DNA from: a virus
Lineage: Duplodnaviria; Heunggongvirae; Uroviricota; Caudoviricetes
Reading direction: 5' to 3' (one strand)
Length of the DNA: 64,000 nt
IMG/VR virus record: IMGVR_UViG_2974564184_000001
Location: 64,977-128,976 of that record
The translations under genes and the position numbers were made by a program. Shown piece after piece: positions 1 to 9,215 of the stretch; the first letter of the stretch is position 1; every line of letters starts with the position of its first letter. A model generated the notes under the pieces. The model was not told the origin of the DNA, did no database searches, and saw nothing but the letters and a program-made list of their open reading frames with translations.

Positions 1-2
1 GT

Positions 3-281
3 GCTCCGGTAGCCGCTGCTGATGCTGCGACTGCATACGGTGTAATCACCGACCGCGACCTGTACCCTGCATACGACGCTCCACGCGAGTTCGTTGTTGG
101 TACTACCTACAACCTGGTTGTTGGTGTTCGTGGTCTGACTCTGAATCAGGGTAAGATCTTCTTCGCTGATGGGACGACTGTTATCAATGCCGCTGCTAAA
201 GCCGCGCTGGAAGCTCGTGGTCTGAAAATCACCGACAAATACTATGACGGTTCCGTTGACATCAACGTGACTCCGGTCTAA
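3..281 (+). CDS. Head decoration/stabilisation protein, 3' part (truncated by window start)
   Basis: Open frame from base 3 (APVAAADAATAYGVITDRD...VDINVTPV*) ending TAA 279-281, directly upstream of the major capsid gene; function from position. Confidence 0.7.
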   Translation, partial: APVAAADAATAYGVITDRDLYPAYDAPREFVVGTTYNLVVGVRGLTLNQGKIFFADGTTVINAAAKAALEARGLKITDKYYDGSVDINVTPV

Positions 282-303
282 TCCCTCTTTAAGGAGACAT
301 AAC

Positions 304-1317
304 ATGGCAGTAGTACGCAGTAATGATTTCCAGATCGTCGATCTGGGCGCAACCCTGGAAATCGTTCCACGTCAGTTCCGTCTGATCACGAACATGAACC
401 TGTTCACCCCTTACCACGGTGTTACCACTGTGGCCCAGGTTGAGCGTGTTGATGAAGTTGTGACTGACTTCCCAGCGCGTCGTCGTCAAGGCGAACGTAA
501 CTATGTTGGTACTGAAAAGGCCCAACTGAAAAACTTCAACATCCCGTTCTTCCCACTGGATCGTCAGATCACAGCGGCAGACGTGCAGAACTTCCGCCAG
601 TATTTCTCTGTCGATGCACCGAAGACCGTTCAGGATGCCATCGCTCGCGTGGTACGTCGTATCCGCATCAGCCATGAGCAACTGAAAGAAAAAGCGATGC
701 TGCAAGCTGTTATGGGCAAGTCTTGGTCACCTTCTGATCCGACTGCACAGTATAACTACTTCACCGAGTGGGGTGTTACACAGCACACAGCAAACATCGA
801 CTTCACCGACGTTGCAATCGATCCGACTGATGCTCTTGAAGCACAGGCTCGCGGTTACATCATCGACGAAGCTGGTGACAACGGCGACAACTACGACATC
901 GTGGTACTCGCTTCTCGTCAGTGGTTCGCTGCACTGATCAACCACCCGTTGATCATGAACGCCTACCAATACTACTCATCTACTCAAGAGCCGCTTCGTC
1001 GTCGTCTGGGTGATGGTTCAGAGAACAGCAACAACCGTATGTTCGTTCATAAAGGTTTCACCTTTATCGAAGACATTTCTGGGTACATCCCAGCGGGTGA
1101 AGCATACGTCCTGCCTCGTGGTATCGACGACATGTTCCAGATTCACTATGCACCAGCAGATGACGTTCATGAAGCCAACACCCCGGCTGCTGAACTGTAC
1201 CTGTGGTACAAAGAGTCTGCTTACCACCGTGAGCAGAAAGTTGAATCTGAAACTTCCTTCCTGACGGTTAACTGCCGCCCGGAACTGGTAGTTCGCTCAA
1301 CTGGTACTTTCGCTTAA
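304..1317 (+). CDS. Major capsid protein (337 aa, rV5-like)
   Basis: SD AAGGAGA at 291-297; size, sequence character and position between decoration and neck genes; strong terminator follows. Confidence 0.9.
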   Translation: MAVVRSNDFQIVDLGATLEIVPRQFRLITNMNLFTPYHGVTTVAQVERVDEVVTDFPARRRQGERNYVGTEKAQLKNFNIPFFPLDRQITAADVQNFRQYFSVDAPKTVQDAIARVVRRIRISHEQLKEKAMLQAVMGKSWSPSDPTAQYNYFTEWGVTQHTANIDFTDVAIDPTDALEAQARGYIIDEAGDNGDNYDIVVLASRQWFAALINHPLIMNAYQYYSSTQEPLRRRLGDGSENSNNRMFVHKGFTFIEDISGYIPAGEAYVLPRGIDDMFQIHYAPADDVHEANTPAAELYLWYKESAYHREQKVESETSFLTVNCRPELVVRSTGTFA

Positions 1318-1337
1318 TCGCGTAGGCTACCTCTAAG

Positions 1338-1372
1338 AGGGAGAGGTGAGAAATCACCTCTCCCTTTTTTCT
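1338..1372 (+). terminator. Rho-independent terminator after capsid gene
   Basis: 12-bp stem AGGGAGAGGTGA/TCACCTCTCCCT with GAAA loop, then T-run. Confidence 0.9.
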
Positions 1373-1382
1373 TATCTGCCTT

Positions 1383-1410
1383 ATGATAAACTCTCCGCAA
1401 AAGATGTCAA
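1383..1410 (-). promoter_or_regulatory. Candidate antisense sigma70 promoter overlapping a sense extended -10
   Basis: Minus strand TTGACA-N16-TATCAT (1410-1383); plus strand TGA-TAAACT at 1384-1392. Confidence 0.4.
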
Positions 1411-1445
1411 GGGTTTGTAGGGCTAAATGAATGGAGAAATAAAAG

Positions 1446-1991
1446 ATGGCAAATCAAAACTACAAGATCTTCCCGAACAAGGTAGAACTGTTTAAATTCT
1501 TCGGTCAGTTCAACAAGGACATCAACGTCAGCGTATCTGCACGTCTTCCGCTGAACGGACTGGCAATCGGTTCCAAGATGCAGGCTTTCCGTAGTTATCC
1601 TGAGTTCTTCTCTGCACTGGCAGAGTTGACAGGTCAGGATCTGGACACCAAAGCCTCCACACTGCGTATGGGCAACTATATTGTCTTCTGGAACAAAACC
1701 GAAGACGACAAAGAGCTACCAGGCCCGGTGATCTTCTCTGACGTTCCAACTCAGATCAAAGACAAAGATGGTGAGATCATCGCTGAACAAACCATCGAGA
1801 AACAACCAGAGGACACCAATCCTCAGATTGAAGCTCTCCTTGTGGAAGCAGCGGCGCTGAACAACGAAGAAGACAAAGCTGGCAGCAAGGCCAAGCTGGT
1901 CGAACTGGCAGCAGAGCACAACATCGTACTGAAAGGTAACAAATCATTCAGCACGTTCTTGGCAGAATTCGAAGCTGCACTTAAAGCGTAA
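1446..1991 (+). CDS. Hypothetical protein (181 aa) in head module
   Basis: ORF with GGAG SD, co-oriented with virion genes; no family recognised. Confidence 0.75.
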   Translation: MANQNYKIFPNKVELFKFFGQFNKDINVSVSARLPLNGLAIGSKMQAFRSYPEFFSALAELTGQDLDTKASTLRMGNYIVFWNKTEDDKELPGPVIFSDVPTQIKDKDGEIIAEQTIEKQPEDTNPQIEALLVEAAALNNEEDKAGSKAKLVELAAEHNIVLKGNKSFSTFLAEFEAALKA

Positions 1992-2049
1992 GGCGGCTCA
2001 AATGCCCGGGGCATCGGCCTTGGGGTAATCATAAAAGGAGAAGCAAAGA

Positions 2050-2340
2050 ATGGCAACTTCCGGTGTAGCAGGTCTGATCTACGGACGTACCCTTGTGGAT
2101 GTGGGTACAGGTGAAAAGATTAACCTGAGTGACCTGATTGGTCAAGCGGCTGGCCTTGAGATCGGCACAACAGCCACTACTGCGATGGCAGGTAATAAAG
2201 TACCAACTGCGACCCAACGTGGCGGGGTTCTACTGCAAGCAGCACAGGCAGCATCCACAGCAACAGATGTGGCTGGTGTGGTATCTGACCTCAACGCCTT
2301 GCTGACCAAACTCCGTGCAGCGGGTATCGTGACCGCATAA
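2050..2340 (+). CDS. Short head-fibre-like protein (96 aa)
   Basis: C-terminal AASTATDVAGVVSDLNALLTKLRAAG resembles phage head-fibre trimerisation motifs; N-terminus similar to next gene. Confidence 0.6.
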   Translation: MATSGVAGLIYGRTLVDVGTGEKINLSDLIGQAAGLEIGTTATTAMAGNKVPTATQRGGVLLQAAQAASTATDVAGVVSDLNALLTKLRAAGIVTA

Positions 2341-2342
2341 TC

Positions 2343-2366
2343 AAAGCCCTTCGGGGCTTTTCTTTT
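2343..2366 (+). terminator. Rho-independent terminator
   Basis: AAAGCCC-TTCG-GGGCTTT plus T-run. Confidence 0.85.
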
Positions 2367-2381
2367 CTGTAAGGAACAAAA

Positions 2382-4958
2382 ATGGCAACTACAGGTTCTG
2401 GCGGAGTGGTTTATGCAACAAAGTTGGTCGATTTGAAGACGAAGGTCGTGATTGAAGTCTCACAGCTCGCAGACAATCAGGGTGGTGGGGCCGAAGACCT
2501 CCCAGTTGCGACAGCAGACACCCTTGGTGGTGTGAAGGTAGGCTCTGGTCTTTCTGTCACAGCAGACGGAACGCTTTCGTCATCCGGTGGGTCTAATGTT
2601 GACTTGACACCGTACTCCAAGAAAGCGGACAATCTCTCTGACCTGGCAAGCAAAGCCACTGCACTTTCAAACTTGGGCGGGGCGGTTAAGACAGATATCG
2701 ACGGACTGACAAACTTTGCAGCACTTCGCAGCCGCGAACCAGCCTACGAGGGCGAACGTGTATACATCAAATGTCATACAGCTCCTGCTCTCTCAGTCTA
2801 CCTACCGGAAGGTGGTGGTTGGTTTATCGGCAGAAAAACAAAACAAGCTGACGATGGTGGATACGTCGCCTCGGCGGGTGGAAACTGGCACTGGCAAAGA
2901 GACAAAGATCTGAAAGACCTGTACATCGGGGACTTCGGAGGAGTTGCAGACGGTATCACAGATGCCCAACCTGCATTCTTGGCATACAAAAACTTCCTTT
3001 TTGGAACGTATGCTCGTGCAAAATCCGGTGGTACATCAGCAGGTGCTGGAGGATATTCTCCTAACTTTGCTCTTCGTTTCGGCGCGGGTACTTACTTCAT
3101 CAAACCTGGTGAGTACAACAAGTACGGATCGAAAGTTGCGTCCGGTGCAGCAGATGCTTCCTTCAACCCATCAGGGTACTACGCAGCGGGTGGTGTTCGT
3201 ATTGAGGGTGTCGCTGTGGAACAAGGCAAGATGCTGGCAACACGCATCATCTCTGACAAGAGTGACGCACCAGTATTCCTGATCAACCACCGTCGTGTTT
3301 CCTTCCATAACTTCATCTGGGATGGGCAGCAAACAACAAAGGTAGACCAGTACAACGCGAACACCAACCCGACAGGTACGAACCTGTTGATCGGCGCGAC
3401 CCAAGGTGTGTTCAATGATACAGCGTCCAACAAACAACCATTCCTTAAAAATGAATGCCCTGGTGGTTGCTACGCTCGAATCTCTTGTATCAACGCAGTA
3501 AACACAGGCTCTTACATGTTCTACTTGCTGGATACTTTAGACTCTAAAGTGGAGCAAGTGTTCAGTTCGATTACCGCAGGCCCGGTTATCCAGGTTGGTT
3601 GGTCAGGACAAACAGCCGGGGTATGGGATCACTCAACCTCTCTTGAAATCCGAAACTGTAACTTCGGCACTCCAGTAGCTCCAGCTATTTGGGCACCGCG
3701 TTGCGGCCAGGCTATCATGAACAACTGTTGGTTCGAGCACGGAACCATTCCTTTTGACATCAATAATGGTCAGTGGGATCTGGGAATGATTTGCGTGGAG
3801 GATTGCAGAAAGAACCCATCCTTGTGGTATTCAAAAACCACTTGTGTTACTCTCTCTGTACCAACAGGTAATGACTTTGACAGAAGCTCACCTACCAGCG
3901 GAACATGGGCCAGCTATCCTAAAAACCCGGATGGTTCGGACATCACTGCTTGGACAGGAGGATATGATCAGGGCAGTTGGTTGATGCAGAACCACGGAGC
4001 CTACTTCGAATGCCCTGTGGTCTACCCGTGGGGACGTGGATATCTCCGTGGAAGAAACGACTCAGATAGTGTCCTGTGGGTGAACATCGGGAACTTCCGT
4101 AACCCAACCAACGGTGGTTTCTGGAGAGTGAGAATCCTTGGTGGTTCGTACTACAACACCACTACTGCACAGAACATCCTCTCAGATGGTCTTGGTGGTG
4201 AGGCGACTATTAACATTGGTCGTGGTACAGGCACAACTCCGAAAATCTCTTGGTATTCCGAGGGATCTGGGCCTATTGCAAACGTAACCTCCACTGTATT
4301 CCCTCAGTACCAGCCTCAGACATCGAACGATATCGTCCCGGCAGTATGGATTCCGATCCGCCCTCGCTGTGGTGAGTTCACTGTGTTTGTTGAGGGAACG
4401 GGCCTTACAAGGAAGGAAGCGGGTATTCCGGCAGGATACACAGCCAGCGGATTCAGCCAGACTGCCAACCCGGGGTACACAAGAATCCCAGGGCGCTTTA
4501 GTTTCCACACCGGGCAGGCAGGTTTTGGGGCGAGCGGTGACGTTGCGGCGATCACAAGTCGATCAGCAGCGTCTGGGACAACTCCAGTTGATACATCCAA
4601 ACCACGCCAGTGGCTTCGTGTCAACGTAAACGGGATTGAGTATGCAATGCCTTACTATGCGTACACCCCGGTTATCACAACCCAACCAATTGCTCAAACT
4701 GTAGCTACCGGGGGAACTCTGACATTGACAACAGCAGCGAACGACGCGGCAGCATATCAGTGGCAGAAGTCTACGGACTCAGGCAGCACCTGGACGGATA
4801 TCGCCAACGCTACTGCGGCAACCTACACCAAGGCTTCCGTTGTGATTGGAGATGCAGGTCAATACCGGGCGGTCATTAGAGGTCAACTTGGGGCGGCGGA
4901 TGCAACTGTCACTACAAACCAAGCGACCACGAATGCAGTCGCGGTAACGGTCACTTAA
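2382..4958 (+). CDS. Tailspike-like putative exopolysaccharide depolymerase with C-terminal Ig-like domain (858 aa)
   Basis: Fibre motifs LPVATADTLGGVKVG and KADNLSDLAS; tailspike-head segment (FAALRSREP...DDGG...WQR...DFGGVADGITDAQPAF); beta-helix-like body; I-set-like Ig tail (PVITTQP...YQWQK...DAGQYRAVI). Confidence 0.65.
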   Translation: MATTGSGGVVYATKLVDLKTKVVIEVSQLADNQGGGAEDLPVATADTLGGVKVGSGLSVTADGTLSSSGGSNVDLTPYSKKADNLSDLASKATALSNLGGAVKTDIDGLTNFAALRSREPAYEGERVYIKCHTAPALSVYLPEGGGWFIGRKTKQADDGGYVASAGGNWHWQRDKDLKDLYIGDFGGVADGITDAQPAFLAYKNFLFGTYARAKSGGTSAGAGGYSPNFALRFGAGTYFIKPGEYNKYGSKVASGAADASFNPSGYYAAGGVRIEGVAVEQGKMLATRIISDKSDAPVFLINHRRVSFHNFIWDGQQTTKVDQYNANTNPTGTNLLIGATQGVFNDTASNKQPFLKNECPGGCYARISCINAVNTGSYMFYLLDTLDSKVEQVFSSITAGPVIQVGWSGQTAGVWDHSTSLEIRNCNFGTPVAPAIWAPRCGQAIMNNCWFEHGTIPFDINNGQWDLGMICVEDCRKNPSLWYSKTTCVTLSVPTGNDFDRSSPTSGTWASYPKNPDGSDITAWTGGYDQGSWLMQNHGAYFECPVVYPWGRGYLRGRNDSDSVLWVNIGNFRNPTNGGFWRVRILGGSYYNTTTAQNILSDGLGGEATINIGRGTGTTPKISWYSEGSGPIANVTSTVFPQYQPQTSNDIVPAVWIPIRPRCGEFTVFVEGTGLTRKEAGIPAGYTASGFSQTANPGYTRIPGRFSFHTGQAGFGASGDVAAITSRSAASGTTPVDTSKPRQWLRVNVNGIEYAMPYYAYTPVITTQPIAQTVATGGTLTLTTAANDAAAYQWQKSTDSGSTWTDIANATAATYTKASVVIGDAGQYRAVIRGQLGAADATVTTNQATTNAVAVTVT

Positions 4959-4960
4959 TT

Positions 4961-4982
4961 AAAAGCCCTTCGGGGCTTTTTT
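4961..4982 (+). terminator. Rho-independent terminator
   Basis: AAAAGCCC-TTCG-GGGCTTTTTT, core identical to the 2343 terminator. Confidence 0.9.
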
Positions 4983-5068
4983 CGTATCTATATGTCAAGA
5001 ACTTTCGGTGGAAAATCACACCGTTCTGTGCTAACATAATGATAGTACACTAATCTGAGGAATACAAG

Positions 5069-5593
5069 ATGACCGACCAAGAAATCATCGACTACATTCG
5101 CCTCCTGCTCGGTTCAATCTCCGAAGAGGCACTCCCAGATCTTGTCATCCAAACCTTCCTTTCTATGGAGAAGGTAAGACAGGATGTGGTGAATTACCCA
5201 GAGCGTATGCCCCTGGTTATCTATAATACCCTGGTAGCCTGCGTCCGTTGGCTCGTCATGCAAGAAGTGGCAAGTGGTGAATCAAGCATCACAGAACGCA
5301 TGGAGAAGATCGGCGACGAAACTATCTCGGTCAAGGGTGGCTCTTCATACCAAAATTGGAAAGACTTCCTTGACTGGTTGCTGCTGAATCCAGATTATGT
5401 TGACCCTTCACTCAACGCTGTGAAGAGTTACGTAATTATTGGCGGCGTCCGTCAGGACGAATTCCGCAGAGTGAAGAACGATCCTAACTCAAAAAGCCTT
5501 TATGACGTTGGTGGAATCATTCCGCAGACAGGAATTCCGTGTATTCCGCGCCGTTATCCAGGTAATTTTCCATCATACTCTCCACGCTGGTAA
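5069..5593 (+). CDS. Head-tail adaptor / head completion protein
   Basis: 174 aa; EKIGDETISV motif typical of adaptor proteins; first gene of neck cluster. Confidence 0.65.
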   Translation: MTDQEIIDYIRLLLGSISEEALPDLVIQTFLSMEKVRQDVVNYPERMPLVIYNTLVACVRWLVMQEVASGESSITERMEKIGDETISVKGGSSYQNWKDFLDWLLLNPDYVDPSLNAVKSYVIIGGVRQDEFRRVKNDPNSKSLYDVGGIIPQTGIPCIPRRYPGNFPSYSPRW

Positions 5594-5600
5594 AATCCCA

Positions 5601-5629
5601 TTGATTTTGCTAAGATAACGTGGTAAAAT
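5601..5629 (+). promoter_or_regulatory. Sigma70-type promoter
   Basis: TTGATT-N17-TAAAAT with TG extended -10. Confidence 0.65.
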
Positions 5630-5647
5630 ACCTAAACGGATACGGCT

Positions 5648-6124
5648 ATGACTGTGAAATTCACAAGCAAGCAAGACCTGAGCCAATTTGAAAACTTCTT
5701 CAAAGCGGTAAAAGTTCTTGACTATCGCCAAGTCACATATGGTTTCTATGATGATCCGCACTATTCCGGCCTGAATACTGCAACACTTGCAGCGATTCAC
5801 GAACAAGGGTGGAATGGATTACCTGCACGTTCGTTCATCACAAGCACTGCGATCCTATTCGAAAAAGAACTCAAGAGATTCCAAAGGGATCTGTTCACCT
5901 ACTTTGCGGCAGGCGGGAAAGACCCGACGCCGATCTTTAACATGATTGGAAAGGCGGGAGCCAAGAAGATCAAATTCGTTATCGACGCAGGTAAGTTCCC
6001 ACACCCAATGGTATCTGATGCCTGGGCTGGCGTAAAGGGGTTCAGTGAGGCGATGATTCATTATGGGGATTTGCAAGAGTCCGCAACGTTCAGGGTAACC
6101 AAAGGTAAGGATAAGGAGGCATAA
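5648..6124 (+). CDS. Neck/tail completion protein
   Basis: 158 aa; LAAIHEQGWNGLPARSF motif typical of myovirus neck-type proteins; position. Confidence 0.6.
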   Translation: MTVKFTSKQDLSQFENFFKAVKVLDYRQVTYGFYDDPHYSGLNTATLAAIHEQGWNGLPARSFITSTAILFEKELKRFQRDLFTYFAAGGKDPTPIFNMIGKAGAKKIKFVIDAGKFPHPMVSDAWAGVKGFSEAMIHYGDLQESATFRVTKGKDKEA

Positions 6125-6561
6125 TGGCTGTCGGCTATAAACTGATTGGCAAAAACAGACTTATCCCCCGTCCGACCTATCCGGGTCGTCACAGGGAATA
6201 TGCAAAGGTTGACCAAGACAACCCGTTCGAAAACGGCGGCGTTGAGATGACTTATGTCCCGTTCGACGTGATCGAATGCGTGGTTCAGCCGATGACAGGA
6301 AAGGCAGCGCGAGATTACACTGCACAGCTTATGCTGGAAGGTGGAAAACAATATGACTCATTCACAGTCTATTCTTCAATCCCACTCCGTGGGCCAGTTG
6401 AAGGCTCAACCGAACTGTCCGACCAAATCTTTCTCCCAGCTTCGAATGGCGTTCCTACTTGGTTCACGGTAATCAAGTCTGATCCATACCCGAGTTCTGG
6501 TGTTGCACGATTCCGCTCCTTTGTGGTTGCGGTTCCGGCTGGCACTGACGGAGGTATCTGA
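6124..6561 (+). CDS. Head closure / neck protein
   Basis: 145 aa, coupled (TAATG) to previous gene; position in neck cluster. Confidence 0.55.
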   Translation: MAVGYKLIGKNRLIPRPTYPGRHREYAKVDQDNPFENGGVEMTYVPFDVIECVVQPMTGKAARDYTAQLMLEGGKQYDSFTVYSSIPLRGPVEGSTELSDQIFLPASNGVPTWFTVIKSDPYPSSGVARFRSFVVAVPAGTDGGI

Positions 6562-7097
6562 TGGCTGGGTTCGCGAATACTGATGAGGTCTTCGACCTCT
6601 TGACCAAAACGGTCGGTCGTCTTGTGAAAGATGTGACTGGTCGTAAGGTCGTTCTTGACGACGATGAAACGATCCCAAAGGTCAATGAAGAGTTCGTCAT
6701 GGTCTCCCAATCAGCCGCTACGCAGTTGGATTGGACAGACAATGAATGGCAGGATGAGTTAGGCAACGCTGCGGTGACCCACAACTACGAGGTTACGTAC
6801 ACGTTGACATCTTTCCGAGGAAAAGCCTTCGAGTCCCTTACTAAGGTGCTGCAAGGACTTAACCTCCCATTCTTCTACGAAAAATATTTCCCCACTCCAT
6901 GTGCCTTTGCTTATGCTTCGTCCTCTACGGTTTCCCGTATCAGAGTGCCGTTGAATATGCAGAAGTTCGAAAACCGCGCCACGGTGATCATCACCTTCAA
7001 CGTGAACTTCATGGCTGTGGATACTGGTGCGTTCGAAGACATTGATAAGATCAACATGCAAATGATTTATTCTTTCAATGATCCCACGCTACCGTAA
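6561..7097 (+). CDS. Tail terminator / sheath stabiliser-like protein
   Basis: 178 aa directly before sheath, coupled start; position. Confidence 0.55.
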   Translation: MAGFANTDEVFDLLTKTVGRLVKDVTGRKVVLDDDETIPKVNEEFVMVSQSAATQLDWTDNEWQDELGNAAVTHNYEVTYTLTSFRGKAFESLTKVLQGLNLPFFYEKYFPTPCAFAYASSSTVSRIRVPLNMQKFENRATVIITFNVNFMAVDTGAFEDIDKINMQMIYSFNDPTLP

Positions 7098-7101
7098 CAG
7101 T

Positions 7102-7187
7102 CGGTTATTGATAAGCGAGCGCTTATTAGTGATCGTATCGGAGGCTTCGGCCTCCAATTATGGCACACCTGTGCTGGTCAATAACTG
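7102..7187 (+). ncRNA. Candidate structured RNA leader (four-way junction) of tail sheath gene
   Basis: 10-bp closing stem 7102-7111/7178-7187 enclosing three hairpins, one with a C(UUCG)G loop; manual folding only. Confidence 0.45.
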
Positions 7188-7216
7188 TATGAGCAGATAT
7201 AAAGAAGAGGATATCA

Positions 7217-8647
7217 ATGGCTTATAACGATAAAGTGGTTGATGTAACAGTTGACCTCGGGACACAGCCGATCACTACAGTCGGGTTCGAAACCCCTCTG
7301 TTTGTTTCGATTCACAATGCCTTTGCAGCACGTCAACGTATCTACGGTGACACTGACTCAATGGTATCTGATGGATTTGCTCCAGGTTCCCCGGCCCACG
7401 TCTACGCGACCAAAGCCTTCGCTGGTAAGTTCCCACCTCAGTACATCCGTATTGGGCGCATGGCGCTGACCAACACTGTGATTGACTTCACAGGACAAAG
7501 TAACATTGACCCTACGACCCCAGTTGGCGTTAACGTTGTCTCTGGCAACTACTCCACCAGCTTCGTGATCCCGGTTACTGCTGCTTCAACCCCGGCAACA
7601 ATTGCAACTGCTCTGGTAGCTGCGATCTCTGCTGACACCACTCTGGAAGACGTTCTGACCGCAACTGCTGGCACCGCCGCTGATGCAGGTAAAGTAACTG
7701 TCGTTGCAGAAAATGGTGGCCTGTTCAGCATTGGTAAAGACCAGGGTAACTATGTTGTGACCAGCACAACCAGTGAAACTATCACCTCTGCACTGCCAGC
7801 TATCAACGCAAGCAGCAGCGATTGGTACTTCCTGACCACTGAATCACACACTGACGCGACCATTCTGGCTGCGGCTGCTTATGCTTCAACTAACTATAAA
7901 CTACACGTTTATTCAAGTCAAGACGAAGGCATTGCAGCGGGTTCAGAAGGTACTGTTCCAATGCAACTGAAAGCACTGGCGTATGATACCTCAATCGGTA
8001 TGTACGATCCAACTGCTGACACCACTTTCCCGGAAGCTGGTATCATCGGTGCAATGGCGTCCAACGACCCATCTTACGGTGACTCAATTCACCTGAAAAC
8101 GATGCCTGGTGTTGTGGCTCCAGACCTGGAACTGGATGAGCGTTCAAACATCTGGAATCAGAATGTAAACTTCTACCGTGTAATCAACGGTGTTGGCGCA
8201 TTCTGGGAAGGCAAGGTAGCATCCGGTCAGTACGTTGACGTGATCCGTTTCGGACACTGGATGAAGTATCGTACCGAAGAGTCAATCTTTGGGTACATGT
8301 CTCGCCGTTCTAACATGGGTCTGTCCGTGAAGATGAGCGATGATGATCTGCCGAACCTCAAGTCTGTGATGCTGAACTCACCGATCAACACTGGTATCGC
8401 CAACGGCGCAATCCTGACGGGTTACGACGAAACGAACAAAGTGTTCTATGATCCGGTAATCACCATTCCGACTCGTAGCAGCATCCCAACCAACGATCTT
8501 GCGACTCGTACTCTTAACAACGTAAAAGTGGAAGTTGTTTACAACGGCTCACTACACTTCGTTAAGATCCGAATCACGGTTCTGCTGGACAAGACTGCAT
8601 CAGCGACCACTACATCTGGTCAGACAACCACCACAGCATCCGTTTAA
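7217..8647 (+). CDS. Tail sheath protein (DUF3383-type, 476 aa)
   Basis: VVDVTVDLGTQPITTVGFETPLF N-terminus, SGQYVDVIRFGHW, followed by tube gene. Confidence 0.9.
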   Translation: MAYNDKVVDVTVDLGTQPITTVGFETPLFVSIHNAFAARQRIYGDTDSMVSDGFAPGSPAHVYATKAFAGKFPPQYIRIGRMALTNTVIDFTGQSNIDPTTPVGVNVVSGNYSTSFVIPVTAASTPATIATALVAAISADTTLEDVLTATAGTAADAGKVTVVAENGGLFSIGKDQGNYVVTSTTSETITSALPAINASSSDWYFLTTESHTDATILAAAAYASTNYKLHVYSSQDEGIAAGSEGTVPMQLKALAYDTSIGMYDPTADTTFPEAGIIGAMASNDPSYGDSIHLKTMPGVVAPDLELDERSNIWNQNVNFYRVINGVGAFWEGKVASGQYVDVIRFGHWMKYRTEESIFGYMSRRSNMGLSVKMSDDDLPNLKSVMLNSPINTGIANGAILTGYDETNKVFYDPVITIPTRSSIPTNDLATRTLNNVKVEVVYNGSLHFVKIRITVLLDKTASATTTSGQTTTTASV

Positions 8648-8662
8648 TATCAGGAGTGAATA

Positions 8663-9136
8663 ATGGATACAGCTATCCTAACCCCGTATGCGTATGACCC
8701 GAAGAAAGTACGCCTGTACCTGATGACTCAGCGCGTGACCGGGTTTGCTGCGGATACCAAGATCGTCGTTGCTCGTAACGAAGACAACATCATCCCTCAC
8801 ATGGGGGTTGATGGTGAGCTTTCTGCTGCTCTGTCTCGTAACCAGTCTGGTACGCTTACGGTTTCTCTACAGAACACCGCGAAGTGGAATGGCTACTTCT
8901 CGACGTGGCAAAAACAAGCAGCCATCACAGGTCTGATTTTCTTCCCGGTTCTCCTGGAAGGTTCTCAAGGTCTTGGTCTGTCAACTATCGGCTGGATTCA
9001 GCGTCAACCTGACCTGACATACGGCACCGAAGTTGGTCAGATGGACTGGGAAATCGGTATCCTGGACGCATGGCTGAGTAACGATTCCCTGACTGCAACA
9101 GGCTTCGGTCTGGCTGGTCTGGCTGGTATCGTTTAA
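8663..9136 (+). CDS. Tail tube protein (DUF3277-type)
   Basis: 157 aa; YDPKKV...GVDGE...SGTLTVSLQNTA pattern; follows sheath. Confidence 0.85.
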   Translation: MDTAILTPYAYDPKKVRLYLMTQRVTGFAADTKIVVARNEDNIIPHMGVDGELSAALSRNQSGTLTVSLQNTAKWNGYFSTWQKQAAITGLIFFPVLLEGSQGLGLSTIGWIQRQPDLTYGTEVGQMDWEIGILDAWLSNDSLTATGFGLAGLAGIV

Positions 9137-9144
9137 CAGTGTTT

Positions 9145-9215
9145 CGTGAGCCACATGGATGTGGCCTTTCTCTCACGCATGGATATTCTAACCTAAAGAC
9201 GCAGGAGCGTAAACG
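9145..9215 (+). promoter_or_regulatory. Leader with GGA hairpins (candidate CsrA/RsmA sites)
   Basis: ACAUGGAUGU in hairpin loop (9153-9162), second CAUGGAU (9178-9184), SD AGGA in loop of ACGC/GCGU hairpin. Confidence 0.4.

Noticed and set aside
7102-7187. Possible tRNA gene
   Set aside because: Cloverleaf-like topology but no T-loop or D-loop consensus, a 4-nt UUCG loop at the anticodon-like position and no CCA; kept only as structured RNA
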